Origin: Trichoplax sp. H2
Taxonomy: Eukaryota
Assembly: GCA_003344405.1 (NCBI GenBank)
Contig: NOWV01000011.1
Span: forward strand, 620,001-684,000
Length of the DNA stretch: 64,000 bases
Reading direction: 5' to 3'
Positions 26,979-41,800 of this stretch are shown here, one piece after another (the stretch's first letter is position 1; every line of letters begins with the position of its first letter). The notes under the pieces are model-generated. The model did no database searches, was not told the DNA's origin, and saw only the letters and a program-made list of their open reading frames with translations. The position numbers were made by a program, and so were the translations under genes.

Positions 26979-29842
26979 TATATCATCTATCACTTGCTTT
27001 AACGTCAATAGCAACTTTACAGTATTATTTACCGCTACCTTAGGCTACCATATGTCTGATTGCCTAGTGATCAATAATTAATATTCTTCAACCTAGAGTA
27101 AGGAGAAATTTATTAGACTAGTTGAAGCTATTGTCGACATTATATTAGAATAGCTCTAAGAGTAATTTTCTTTTATTTTTTTAATTTTAAAAATTTCTAA
27201 AGGATTGAACTTATTTTAAAGATATCCAAGAATAGAGATTTGCTTTATACACCTGCACAATATTCTTTGTAAATGAAAATATTAATTTATCATACCAACC
27301 ATGTCAAATCCAGGCAGCGATTTAAAGATTCTGTAAGTTAAGACTAGCAGTACTGCATAGTAATTTAAAGTATTATTATTAAACGCAAGCGTCGATATTG
27401 ACATTTTATTTTCAGTGGTGTGAAACGCACTGCAAGAATTTATGATCCAGCCTGACTAATACGTCTTTCATATTAAATTTAGCTTCAATTACAGAATGAT
27501 ATAATTTAATTGATTTATTCAATACTAAATCAGTCCTGTGGTCTAGGTAGCCATTGAACCAGATTAGATAGAATAAAGGCATACTAGTTATAGAGATCAT
27601 ATTTGCAAGTCAATCAAAATGACTTCTGACATTAGGATTCGTAAACTAATTAAGCTGATATTGACATTGTTACCTAACGGCCAATTTACTCGTATATAGA
27701 TTGGTATATTGACTGCATTAATTCTTTTCTTCTAAACGATTTCTGATACTAGGAATAATAAGCTAATTAAGTTGATATCTACACTGTTGCCTAATGATCA
27801 ATTCAAGCATATATTTATCAACTACTCTATTAAATAGATATAATTATTATTAAGCGAATAAAATTTAATTCTGTTAATAACCATTTGTTATGAAAAATTA
27901 CGCTAATTGTTAGTATTCAAAGAAAGACAAATTATAAAGCTTGGATATTCAATTTTAAAACTATCATGTCTCCCAACACTGAATAATAGTAATCATAAGA
28001 AAGCGATGACGCAGAATTTATTTTATTTTAATACCTTTGATGCAATATACCGCAGTGATAGTTAGTATCGAAAATAATCCGGTACCGAGATATTTCATCA
28101 TAGATTATCGAATAATAGATTACATTTTAGTTCGATTTTGATAAATACTGTTTTATTTAAAATAATTAGTGGAACCTTCTAAGTAGAAACAATCAGTCAC
28201 ATATACTTTCGTATCTAAGTCATCGATTAAGTTATTACTACTATGGTAGCTTTTATTAATTGTCACAAAGCACCTTTGGAACAAGATAACGTAATGTACG
28301 ATCAATAAGTCAATTCCTTGAACCATGTATCAAAGAACGATATCTGCACTATCAAGAACACTTTTGCTCTACTAGCAGACAACACAAAGACTTAGACGCC
28401 TCATATTTCACGTTAAATACTAAGTTTAAGAATTAACTTTATTACACGATATACCGCATTTATATACTCTCCCTCAATACTTCATGAGTCATAAAATAAC
28501 TATTAATTTAAGTATATGTAGATATTTCTACTCTAATACAGTATATAACACTGTCACAGTAATACATCTAATGTGGACATTATGTTATAGGCTGCCTGCA
28601 TAGCAGCTAAGAGTAGCTGGACTATCTTAATATCATGTGCTATCTGTAACATAAATGCGTATGAGCTATCAGAAACGTAAGCTAACGTTAACATTTATAC
28701 CTAGTAGCGGGTTAATTACTACACTAATTTCTATAGTAGTTCGATTTCCATCGAATATCTTCGGTAACCTAATCAAATATTGCCACTACTAGAGCGAAGC
28801 TTGTCAAAAATTTAGAAATCTAATGTAGAGTTTAGCATGGCTAAGCTTTAGCCATAAGAGATAACTTTTGAGTTAAAACTAGCTTCTTATTACTGAGAAA
28901 TTTAAGTTAATTTTGGAAATGCAGTAGATGGTTCTACCTGTGATTAAATTTGAATTCATATATCTATGCTCAAAAGCTGTTGCCGTAATTATTAGTAGCA
29001 ATTGGCTATCATCATAGTAATATTCATGCATTGCTTGTGGATAGGAGAGCTAATGTGCGAATATTGCTTTATATAAAATGCGTATTACTATAATGGTTAT
29101 CTTACTAATCTGATCTATATTTGCTAGAGCTCTTTACATTCCATATACAATTAGAACTGCTACTAAAGCTAATATTTGAAAGGAATTTGACTTAATTCAA
29201 GTCTATAGAAATCTCTTATTTACCAGTTTTTTAATCATCTCACCTTAGTAAGAGATCATCATTCTTTACATGTAAGGAATACAAACCTATTTTGTATTAC
29301 TCAACTTGGGTTAAAAGACATAAAGTTTATGAGAAATATCTTGCATGCATAAATGTACCGCTCCATTAACGTATCTAGTATCTGTCATGCCCTTGAAAGC
29401 CGTATGATAATGGTACCATATTAAAGAGACGCACATGATCTGATATATAGGTACAAATTTATTGATTTTTAAACTATTTCAAAATAAAAAGGTTAAGACC
29501 AAATAAATATACAAAATGCTGGCTACGATATTACAATAAATATACAGTGTATGATATTTCTTTAGAGGTATGGAATACCTACATTGATTAAAAAAATGGC
29601 TCAATATTGGCATTAATAATTGAATATCAGGCTATTTATCAACTGTAACAGTTAATATTAACTCTATAGATGAGTTTTGTCGCATAAAATAAAATTAAAA
29701 TCGAGAAATTGCTGTTTTAATATGAGATAAATGTAGACTAAAGGAGTATAGGTTAGCATTTTCCTTGATATCAAACAGCAACCACTTATGTACTATTTTT
29801 TACTATAGTTTTATAAAAGCTATTTGAGGTCAGTTAAGAATT

Positions 29843-32800
29843 CTAATAGTCTAAACTCATAAGAAGAGCCGTTCCACGCTTGATCCAATGGTCTGCAGTA
29901 ACTGATCCCACCTTAATATCAACGGAGACAACAAATGAAGGTCTACCTCCGGAACCTGAACGATTTGGGTAGTAGTAGCAAGGACAAGCATACATTCCTG
30001 ATAGAAACAACAAGGACAGATTATTTAGTCTTTGGCTGTGCGCTTAAATAAAATCGTTAAGTAGGGAGTAAGAACTTTAACAATGTAATAAAAATCATAT
30101 AGAAGCAATGATACCTTTATTTGATTTTCTTTTGTTTTCAACTGGCTTAAAGTGAATAGCCGGAACTGGACATACTAATTCCATTGGATCTGCTTCAATT
30201 AAGCAGGAATTTTTAACGTCCCAACCAGCACCTTCCAAGTATAATCCACGTATCCATACACCATCCTACACAATATAAATTAATTTATGGTAGATTATTA
30301 AATGTTTATATCAGTCACAATTATGCTAGAAGGTATCGTGTCATAGCACCTACAATGACTTACCTTGGGTGCTTGCATTATATTAGAATCATCAACTGTA
30401 GAAACCGGGAATTCCCACGATAAAGAATCGATTGAGACCTATGAAAGATTGAATATTGGACTGGTTTTAGTACATGACGTGATCATTTGCTCGCAAATTG
30501 CCTTCTTACATTATTCTGGCGTGCCGAGGTTTGTAGTACAGCAGTTAAGAAACTGGTTGGAAATGTAAAACCAGAAAGCCAAAACAAGGTTGGTGGATGA
30601 GCAGTAATTGCCCATTTACTAAATTGCTCTACTCGAATCACGAGATCTCTCGTCCAAGCAGCTAAAGGTTTCTGTGATGCATAGGTCTGCAAAACATTGT
30701 TACATTTCAGCTTTAATAACAATTTTATGACTTTTGCTAGTTTTTAAGAAGCTGCAGTACCTTATTCCATAATGGCGGAACTCTTCCATCAAATATGCAT
30801 GAAAATATTTCCTCTAATGCAGCTGACATAACAACTAAACCCTTAATCCCTTTAGCCAAGTCTTGTAGAGATGTCCTTATAGTTTGTAGTAAGCTATTAT
30901 AGCGTGCAACCTAATTCAGAAATGGAAATTAAAACCGTCAACGGTAATACTAGAATTTATTGATCACTATTGTATCTAGTACAAAATAGGATCTTTTAAT
31001 CTACCTCTTGGACTAGTACAACATTGATTGGTGAAGGATCAGATATTAGAATAGTTTCTGCGCTTTCTCGGTCGAGGTCTTCCGGTATACGTTTCAACAC
31101 ATCAGCTGCTAGTTCTTGGACCTGGATATTATCAATCTCATATCAGAAATTTTATTCTTATTACGACTTATTTCATGAGATTATCGTATAAATTGCTTCA
31201 AGATATACCCTATCTTCTCGACTCTCTCCTTGGGCAACCGAAACTTGTGGCTTCAGTGACAGCAAAGTATCAAATAGCATCCTAAGGAAAGTTAATTGTA
31301 AAAATTTGGTTAAATTTAACGGAATTAAGGATAACGTGTTTACCTAAAATCATCATTTCCTATAATTGGACGTGGATTAATATCTAAAATATTACAACAA
31401 TATTTTCTTTATTACCTAGTTTCGATGATTTGACTTGCAATATCAGCATTTGGATGTTGACCAAAAGCTTCTGGATGATCCACATTTGGCAATAAGTTAA
31501 TATAATCCTACGTTAAGAGTTGATAAATATAAATTTGTTGATTGAAATCGAATTTTTCTTAATACTCAATATCATAAAATACATAGAATTTTAGGTTACG
31601 AACCAGATAAGATTGCAATGGTCCGTCTTTGGGAATATAGTATGTGGCCATTGTTGATAACCTGAGAAAGAAGACATTGATAGATAAGTATTAACAATTA
31701 ATTGTGTACATATAATTCATGATAGCTGGTACAAAATAAGATATTTTCTATAGAGAATGATAATATCATTTACGTAGCTAAGACTAACTTATAAAATGGA
31801 TTTTGAGCGGCAGCGTCGCAAAAGATGTCGTTGATATAGGTATGTAATAAACGTCTATCCCAATCGTCAGTAACATGTCCTCCATAATTAACTCCAGCAA
31901 TCAAATATTTTAATGCATCCCATGGTGTCTCATCATATTCATCCAAGTATAATGATAACAAATCGTTTGATACTTCAAAATCAGAATCATTGAATCCATA
32001 AATAACATTCCAGCCCAACATTAAGAATTTCTTCCTTTCCAGTAGAATACTATGGAAAAAGCATAAACCAAATAACAATTTCTTGAATTTTTCCGGTTTG
32101 CGGCAATTATTAAATTGTTCATAGGTGATCGATTGATAGAGACGTTTCATATTGGCTTTTAATCCTTTAGGTGGTTCAGTAGTCATTTTAATACCCGATT
32201 GCAAAATTGATATTGGAAATTCTGGATGTGGACTGCTACTTAGCCATAAGCGAAAATCGGGATGAGGATTTTTAACCTGTAATTGCTCAACTATTTTATC
32301 TAATTGAGGCATCCAACTTAATGATAAATGACAATTGGCTAAGAATACCCAATGGCCTTCCATAATACCTTCACGAATCATTCGTGATGCTATAGGTGAT
32401 TGGCCTTGACCTAATGATAGCGAATTATATCTTTTATTCATGTTATGCTTATCTGCTAATTGAAGTAATGCACCAGATGGATCGACACCAGAAGAGAGAA
32501 CAAATATAAGTGGTGTTTTAGGACTTGAATCATCTAATACTGAATTCATATCGAGTACAGGTGGTTCAACAAATCGTGAGCCAAGATTGTTAATGATAAA
32601 TGATCCAACAGTAAAAGCAACACGATCAGGTCGTAGTGATCTTACAATCAGCATTTTTTGCAATTCATTGCATGCGTTATCCCACTCTCCAGGTAGCAAA
32701 GCATTTTCAGGCTCGGAACTTGTAAACCAAACATGCCAATCTCTTGCATATTGCTCAAATGATGTTACTAAGCCATGGAAGTTGGTTAACTTATCTAATT

Positions 32801-35800
32801 CAGTAATATGATCCCACGCTGCTTCTGATAACCATTTGCATGGATTCTCCATTTGATTTTCACGATCGATTACGGTACCGCCACGTAAGAAGAAATTATA
32901 CTCTTCCATATTGAGTTTACCAGCAGCTTCTAAAATTTTAGCGCACATCTGGAATGAGAAAAGCATTTTATGTCGTTCGAATAATGCCCGACAGGTATAG
33001 CGATAAACGGCATAGGTGTGATAATCATTTAACGATTGAATTCTTTCTTCTAATTTTGAACTACGTGAACTCTTATCAATGGATCCATTAAATAGTTCAA
33101 TGTAGGAATCTAATGAAAATTGATACATTGGATCAATTCGGCCCATATCATTAATGACGAAGAATAGAATGGAAGCACGTTGAGCACATGGACGATAACC
33201 TTCACGAGCTGTATCAATTTTAATTTCAGTTTGTTCGCTAATTTGTAATTGCTCAGATACTTCTTGTGATGTGGTCTTAGATGTTTGCAATGTATTAACC
33301 AACTGTTCATCATCCAACAGTGAACCTTCAGCTGTATTTAATAATTTCAATATTTCATCCTCTAATTCAACTAATTTTTTCTTACCAGCAGCAATACTCA
33401 TGACCAATTTATCTTTTTGCTCTTCAAGATCTGGTCGTTCCTTTCGCACAACAATACCAAGTAGTTGCGCTTGTAGACCTTGTTCTTTAACAGCAAAGTT
33501 GACAATAGTTGTCTTAGTGGAAATCTCCGGTGAGTAATGAGGATTACTTAATTTAGTTGTGATGTAAAATTTAAATTCTGGATTATAATCAATTTCTTTA
33601 TCGGCTAAGCGAATAAAGTACTGGCCACCTTTACGTATAATAGCTTTATTTAAGATAGGCGACAATGATGGATCTAGTTTTTCCTGGACATTATGCAATA
33701 GAACCGGAGTACCAAATTGAATTGAATTCTCTAGAACTCGTATGTAATCGGTTTGCTGTAAATCGATGATACTCAACTTATTCCCTTCCATATTTTTAAT
33801 CCATTTCAATGCTTGTCCTTGCGGATCAATCATTAATGGCCAACGATTGCCGCGAGCTACTATGATACCATTTTCAGTTGAGAACGAATCATTAGGTAAA
33901 CCTTGTATATTCCAATCGCGTACTGTTGTTGGCTTAGCCATAAAATTAGCGAAATTTAACTCTGGATTACATGGTACATGCAATTTGTAGATTTGCGGCA
34001 GCCATATACCATTAACTAATTCTTCACGATAACCCGACAAAAACGATCCAACATAAGATAAAAATGCTGCTGCTACTAAGCAATCACCAGGCAGATAGGC
34101 AATATTAGATTGCAATTCAGTAACACTATTTTCCCATCGCAATTTTTCACCTGATAGACCAGCAACTAATCTACCAGCACGATCTAAACGTAATTCGTTT
34201 AATTCAGCAGTTTTACGTAAATCGTCCTTTTGCGCTAATTTCTCATCGTATTCACGCTTTAATTTTTCCATTTGATCGGTAATTTCTTTCAATTTACTTT
34301 TAGCTGCAGCTAAAGATCTTTCTTTTTCGTGTAATTGAGCACGGGCATGATTTAAACGTTGTTTCTTAGGCTCAACAATACGATAGATGCGTCCATATAA
34401 TTCAGTAGCACGCACCCACATACATAACGATTTAGCTGCTAATGATACACGACCGATAATATCAGGTTGGAAATCCGATTGAGAGCAATAGCCAGTTACT
34501 TTTTTCAACACACGATCAGTCATATGATCTTTATCAAAATTAACTAATGTCTTAATAAAGTTAGTTTCCCCAAGTTGTCGTTTTGCTTCGGCCCATGTTG
34601 GTTCAGCGCCTAACAATATCATAACTGCTTCCATAACTTTTTCCACTAGAGGTGGTGGACGCCCGTAAGAACGAATTTCTGTAATATCTTTCTTATTCAA
34701 TGCTTCTAACGCTTTAACTGCTTCTTCCAACGCTGGCAAGGCTTCATCAAGATCATGTTGTGCAGTCTCTGCTAATTGACGACATCGTTGTTCTTCTTCT
34801 TCGATTTTCTCACTCCGTGCAGCGACTGTTTTTTGATGCTCATCTGTCTCACGTTTTTGCTGTACAATGATCACTAAATATTCTTCACATTGCTTCTGAA
34901 ATTGAGCTACTTTATTCTTGGTTCTTTCCAACTCGATGGACATGGTTTCAACCTTTGTTCTCGTTTCATCAATTTTCTCCAAACCATTGCGTAATTTATT
35001 TGCTTCATTCCCTAACTCTTTCTTTTTCTCATGCAGTAGACTTTTATAACCTGCTACTAATTCTAAATAATTAGTCGGTGTAACATAATTACGACGTTTC
35101 ATTTCTAACCACATCTTTTCCGACATTTTAACCACTGAACTATGAATAGTAACGAATGTTTGAGCAATCTTAGGCTTCATTTCTTCAAGATCGCCCACAT
35201 CAACTGTTTGGAGATATTTTTCAGCCACTTCTTGCAATGCTTCTTCTGGCCATTCTCCAAACCAATCGATGGTAGTGCAGTTAACAAATGCTGGAAACAT
35301 ACGAATTCGATTTCGGAAGGTCTCACCAACTGGACTCATGCATAGTACAATTCTTAAGTTACTACGCACTCGTTCAATTAAGTAAGCGAATAGGCTGTCT
35401 GTAGTATCTGGAATGCCATCAGTTTTAGCGGCTTTTAATAAACTCTGGCGGACTTCCTCGAATTCATCTTGTTTGTATAAATTAGGAACTTCACCGCTAC
35501 TTAAGATATTGTTGATATCTTCCAGGAATGATTCTTGAAGAACTTGAGTATCGGCAAATAGGAAAACTGTTGGTTTATTTTCCACTCCAGTTGTTCGATA
35601 TAATTTTCGGATATCTTCACGGAAATCGGCCGATCGATAATGCCTTGTGACTTCAACTTGGAATACTTGATAATTTAAGATATAAGATACTAGCCGAGTT
35701 AAACTTCGTCGACCACTACCACCTATACCTAATAATAACATATTGCCACGCGGTTGGCGAATAACACGAATAATGCGACAAACATGCTCGACTGCATCAC

Positions 35801-38800
35801 GAAATAAGACTAAATCCATAGCAATCGCGCCTGGTTCCATATTATGATCTTCAAGTTGATTTTCTAAGCATTGCTTTAAATTAGCGAAATCAGTCATATC
35901 TTCATAGATTTGATTTTCCTTCATGAAATCGCCGAAAATAGGTACTTGTCGATTGGGGCAGATGTTATGAAATGGTAAATCAAATAGTGAGCCTAATTTT
36001 TCGGAGATTAATTGCTGAAATTCTTCACGATCTTTTTCATCGACTAAACGATCAGAAAACACTCTAAAGCATTCATGTATCCATAGCCGAATAATACTAT
36101 GCTTGGTATCATGGAAATCACGATGGGAACGCAATAAACCCTGGAATACCTTAGATATATCTCTCAAGTTAAAAAGATAATGTATTTTAGTCGGCGTTGG
36201 CAACATTTTAGATACAATTGAATTATAGATATCAATCGTTGCTTGAGTCATGATATCACCTAATGGTTTAATATCTTCTTCAAAATCTTGTAATTTTTGA
36301 TTGATCATCGTACCGTAGATGCGCTTGATTTGACTTTCTTGTGGGAATGTCATATTAATAAGGTTAAATCGGCTTTGTAATCGACCTGATATAACAGTTC
36401 TACCACCACCAGGTGGGCCCATTGCGGCTAGTAAATACATATCTTTGATATATTTAACAGCTTGTTTAGAACGATCATACCAGAAACCGTAATCGAGCCA
36501 TTGACGAATTAATTCTAGTGGTGGCTGTGAGCCATAGGTATCTTTGGATGATATATTAAAGTCGTCCATAAAGGTTAATAATTTTTTCCCACCAACAGGT
36601 ACATAAACACCTTTGGTGCGCTTTTCAACACGACTTTCGATAATATCCTGGACATTATTGGATGATGTCTGAGCTGACATGTTGATAATTAATTTGCCAT
36701 ATTGCTGTGGGTCAGCTCTTGAAATGACTCCTTGTGCAACGGATGTTTTCCCTGTTCCTACTGGGCCGACTAAAAGTGTTGGTGTTTGCGATAGTAAAAG
36801 TGATTGGACCAAGAAATCATAACGTAATGTATCCACAGTGGGTACAATAATCTTATAGAAAGGTAAATTAGGACTATATTTCCAGCTAGTGTGTAATTTC
36901 GACTCCCATAGTACCCATGTTTTCTGCTTAGCATCGACAAAATATTCATAGATGGTATCTTTGCTGGGAAATTGGCCTTCAATTTCACGTAAATAATTAT
37001 CCATTTTTTTACGACTATGTTCATCGACTGATGCACAGATCGACCAAATGAGAGCAAATAGAAACCATAACTCGATCATTTTAGTATAGTAATCATCATT
37101 GGGTTGGACACCATTTTCAGCTGTTGCTAATGCATCAAATAATCGACATAACGATTTAATATTATTCAATTCAGTAGTCGGAACAAGCTCAGTGCAATGT
37201 GCTTGCTTATAGTCTAATATTTTTTGAACGTATTTGTCAAATAATCGCTGTAATTGTTCAACTGAATTGCGATCTTCTCGTTTTTGTAGCCATGATGTTA
37301 CATAAGGTTGCCAGCCGATATCTCGATAATCTGTATAGACCATACCACAACGACTAATTGTTGCTGGCGAAGCAGCTGCTAAACTATCCACTTCGAATAA
37401 TAATGATACCTGTTCAGGTAATGATATACGCTCACCGTTGATTAAAGTTAAAACTTTATTGTCGTCCATAACAGAATTCATCGATTCGATCCATAATGTA
37501 TCGACAGGGCCATCAAAGACGAGCCATTTCTCATCTAATTTCTCATCAGAACATGTTTGACGCATAACACTGGATAAAACACCATCTGTCCATTCATTTG
37601 TTGATAAATCAAATTCGCCATACAATTCACCCAAAGATAGTGATTTAGGATTAATGGGGTATTCTTTAACAACTTGATAATTAGGGTCATTATGGACTTT
37701 TTTCATTCGTGTCATTGCAGCTTGTAATGTCTTCCAAACGACAGTTTTACCTGATTCAGTTTGACCTATTACCATGACGGCATGGCGTGAATTTTTAGTT
37801 TCATATAGTTGCAGTACTTTCATGATTAATTTCTCATGCGGTTGTAAATTAGATGATTTAAGTTCTTCTTCCACCACTGTACGTAATTGACCATATTCGG
37901 TGGTTGGCGCTTCGATACCAGGGAATAGATCGGATATGATACCGTTAAATAGCGGTGCATCACTTGATTTTAATTTAGCGATATTCATATCTTTCATGGC
38001 TAATAAGAGAACTTCTTCATCGAGCATATCTGTAAATTCTCGTTTCTTTCTACCAGCATATTTTAATACTGATACAAGTGCACGTAGACCGAAATCATAA
38101 TGATCTTGTTTAGATAATTGCTGCACAGCTAACGAATAGAGTGTATGGACTTTTTTGGCTAAGACTTTGGTATTCGAAAAGCCTTCAGCAAATAAGATGA
38201 TTTCAGCAATTTGAGCTGAATCTGGTACTACCATAGCAATGGGTCTAAACATACTCTTTAAATTGTCGGGTAATTCAGTTCGGCCAGCATAGCCAGGATT
38301 CATAGTGATAAAGATACCGCATGAACCAACTAAACTAATTTCACGACCTTCAAATACAAATCGTTGCGCACCATGTGATAGTGCCGTTAATATGGATAAG
38401 ATTTGTTGAGCAACTACAGATAATACTTCGACATTGATACGATTAAATTCATCGAAACAGCCCCAAGCACCCGTTTGTGCCAAACCGCTATACATTCTAC
38501 CCATAGATTTATAATCTAATCCTTCTGAACAGTTAACAACAATAACATAATTTCCCAATGCTTTTCCTAAATCTTTTGTCGTCTCTGTTTTACCCGTGCC
38601 AGCAGGTCCTTTAGGACTGCCACCACGGTGAAGATGGAGCGCGGTAGTTAGTGTAATGTAACAACGATCTGTTAATGGCGTAATAACTAATCGTCCAGAA
38701 TTACCTAGATACTCATAACCATATTGAAAGAGTGTGTTGGTTTGGCGTACAGCACAATCATCAAGTTCTTTCTCCCAGTAGACTCGCAATTGGCTTAGCC

Positions 38801-41800
38801 ATTCGAATGAAGTAATATCATTGCAGCCAGTTTTAATCAATTTCTCAATAACATCACGGGCATGAACTTCAATCGTGACTAAAGCTACTAATTTACTACG
38901 TTGAATTTTTGACAGATTACCTCGAATCATTTCAGAGAATTTATTCAACATCGATATCTGCTTCTTTTTTAAGCTTTTTAAAGCTTTCTTCTCACCACTA
39001 TCTTTAACAGAATTCAATGCTTTAGTCACATCGGCAGTCCATTGCATTTGACTAGCCACAATAACCAATTGGCCAGCCCATTCACGAACCCATTTTTCAC
39101 GCTTATTTAAATTTTTCTTTAATTCATTACGACATCGTTTCAGATAATCTCTTAAATTCATTCTCATAGCACTTTCAATATCGCATAACCATGATTCAAC
39201 TGGCCCTTCTAATATAACTGGTTGGATATATTCGATTGATTCGCCATCAGCCGATGTCATACCTAATGCTTCTGAGCGTGATAAATTAGCTTTATTTAGT
39301 TTTAGTGAGTAGATATTATCAAAGCATTTTTTTAAATGAGGTTGGACTGCATCTGGATTCTTCGATTGGCCAAGTATTTCAAGTAAATCGTCATTCGATA
39401 AGAAATAAAATCGTGGAAATACTTGTCTTTTGGTTTCTAAAAACATATCCAACGATTTTTGGATTTCTTCTAGTTTAACATTCATGTCGAATAATGTTTC
39501 TAACATGCCTGTATGATGAGTTCCTTCTAATGCATTATTTTGCTTATGAAGTCGATCCATGATACTCTTCCAGTTAGAATTAACAATATCGAATTCCGCT
39601 GATTCTTTCGGTAATTGCTTTCGGATATCTTCACCTAAGAATATATTCTCTAAATACATCCATTGACGCTGAACTGTTAAAATAAGTTCGACCACTTCTA
39701 AGATATGTGATAGAGTTCTTTCCCATTTATCAACTTCTTTTTCAAATGCTCGTACATATCGTGATGCTTTTACTGATGATAAAGTGACTTGATTATCTTC
39801 TAATTGCTGGAATAAGTCGTCAGTTGCACGCAATTTAAAATAATTACGATCTTTATGTCTAGCGATATCTAAAGTCATCGCTTTCCAAGTACTAGAGATA
39901 TCTTGCAATGCTAATTCGATAGATAATTCTTTAGATGCAGCAGCCGAAATTTCACTAATAATATCAGAAAACTGATCAAAACCCAAATCAATCATTTTTT
40001 CTAAAGTAAATTCTTTGCTAGTTTGATCAAAAGGTCTTTGCATTTCATTCTTAAGCTGAAACCAATGACGATCTCTCATAGCTGGATTTTTCAAATCAAG
40101 TATTAAAGGAAGTGTTCGCTTAAATTGATCAATTCGACCACGTATTGTATCGCAAATCTCCCAATTTTTGTCTTTTAATTCACGGCATAGTTTGTTGACC
40201 TTTTTCAACAAAGATTGAGATGTATATTCCATTGATTCGGTGACCAATTCCATGAAAATTTCGTTTTTCCAATTGGACCATAATTCTTCCCATTCTTTAG
40301 TATGAGTCCAAATTTGTTCTAGTTGATCGACATCCTTAAAAATGAAGCAAGGAAAGTTTAATCGATTGCCTTCGTGGTGACTTTGAGATTAAGAATTACG
40401 ATTGGTATAAGAGATGAATTGGTAATATTTTATTGGCTTTGCCTATATAAGTTATGTTATATGTGGACATATAGAATGTCCTGCCTTACCTTTTCTAGAT
40501 TTGCAAGTTCTTTGGATGGTGGGTGCTCAATCTTAAAGATACTTAAACCATGCTTTATCATGGATTCTTGTTCTTTAAGAGCTAATAGCTGATCATGGAA
40601 TTTACTAAGAATCTCTAAAGCCTGTAGGATTTAAGAATGAAATTTTTAGAGAGACTTATTGACTGCAGAAGAATATCATTTATACGCGCATATTGATAAA
40701 AGCTATGAAATTTACCGTCTCAATAACTACAGTGCTTAAGAATGGTCCCTTGTTATTGAATTCGTCCCTTAAGTTCAAAATACTTCTCTTAAACTCATCA
40801 GAAGAGTGTAGTAAACCAGCTTTGAATTTTTCCTATATAAATGCCACATTAATACAGTGTTAACCATATATAGCATTACTTTTACTGAAATAAGAAACAG
40901 TTTATGTAATAATTCTTTTAAGTAAATGCAATTAATTGAATAGCTTTAAGTCTTATTTCACATTAGATATGTAATTTCTAAGTTTAGATACCTTATGCTT
41001 TTTAAGCATGATATCAGAATCCATTAAGCATTGTTGGAAGGAAACCCATTCGCCATTAAGATCATTGAGCATCTTCTGAACCTGTATATTTCGTTTTAGG
41101 AAGATCATGAATCATTAAATTTATTTAATGTCTATTAGTCTTAATTATAACTATCTTCTGATACGTACATCAGCAGGAACTTCTACTTCGTACTTTTCTA
41201 ACACGGCAAACTGTTCGTGTAATGGAGGAAACTTCGATTCAATTTTAGGCAAGTCTAGCTGCAACTGTTCTAAAAGCGCTAAACTGTTACTTAGATGTGA
41301 TAGTGATTGAGGTGGAGTCCTTAAATTTTCAGAATTGGTTGATAAGAATTCGTTTAATTCTTTCAAACGTGTTGTCGCCATCTCACTAAGCAATGTTGTG
41401 AATTTATTTTGCCATAAACTGCAATGATGATGAAGAGCAGCCTTTAGTGGTGAACAATCTAACATAACAAATTGGATATTCAACACTGTTTCCTCTTTAG
41501 AAACATTATTCGCAACTTCTGTATATCTAGCGATATCAGCATCAAATGAAGATACTGGTGGATTAAGATTTTGATAGCGGCGAATGAAGGCTTCTTTATT
41601 AACTTCCCATATATCTCTGTAATTATCCCATTTGGCTAAGTAGTTTTGTACATGGGTTTCATTAGTATCCAATCCAGCTAAAATAGCGCTTTGTATCTTT
41701 CGAATTTCATCATCACGTGAAATAATAGCATAGATTGCTTCTTTATCAGATTTTTCAGGTGTTAGTAAATCTGGCAAGCGTTTGATACATTTCATACACA

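Noticed and set aside
28838-28856. Inverted repeat atggctaa-gct-ttagccat
   Set aside because: An isolated 8-bp stem is expected by chance in 64 kb of AT-rich DNA.
36545-36570. AAA3 motif DDFNIS instead of the usual DDLNMP
   Set aside because: The Walker B acidic residues are intact and the ORF is uninterrupted, so there is too little evidence of functional change.
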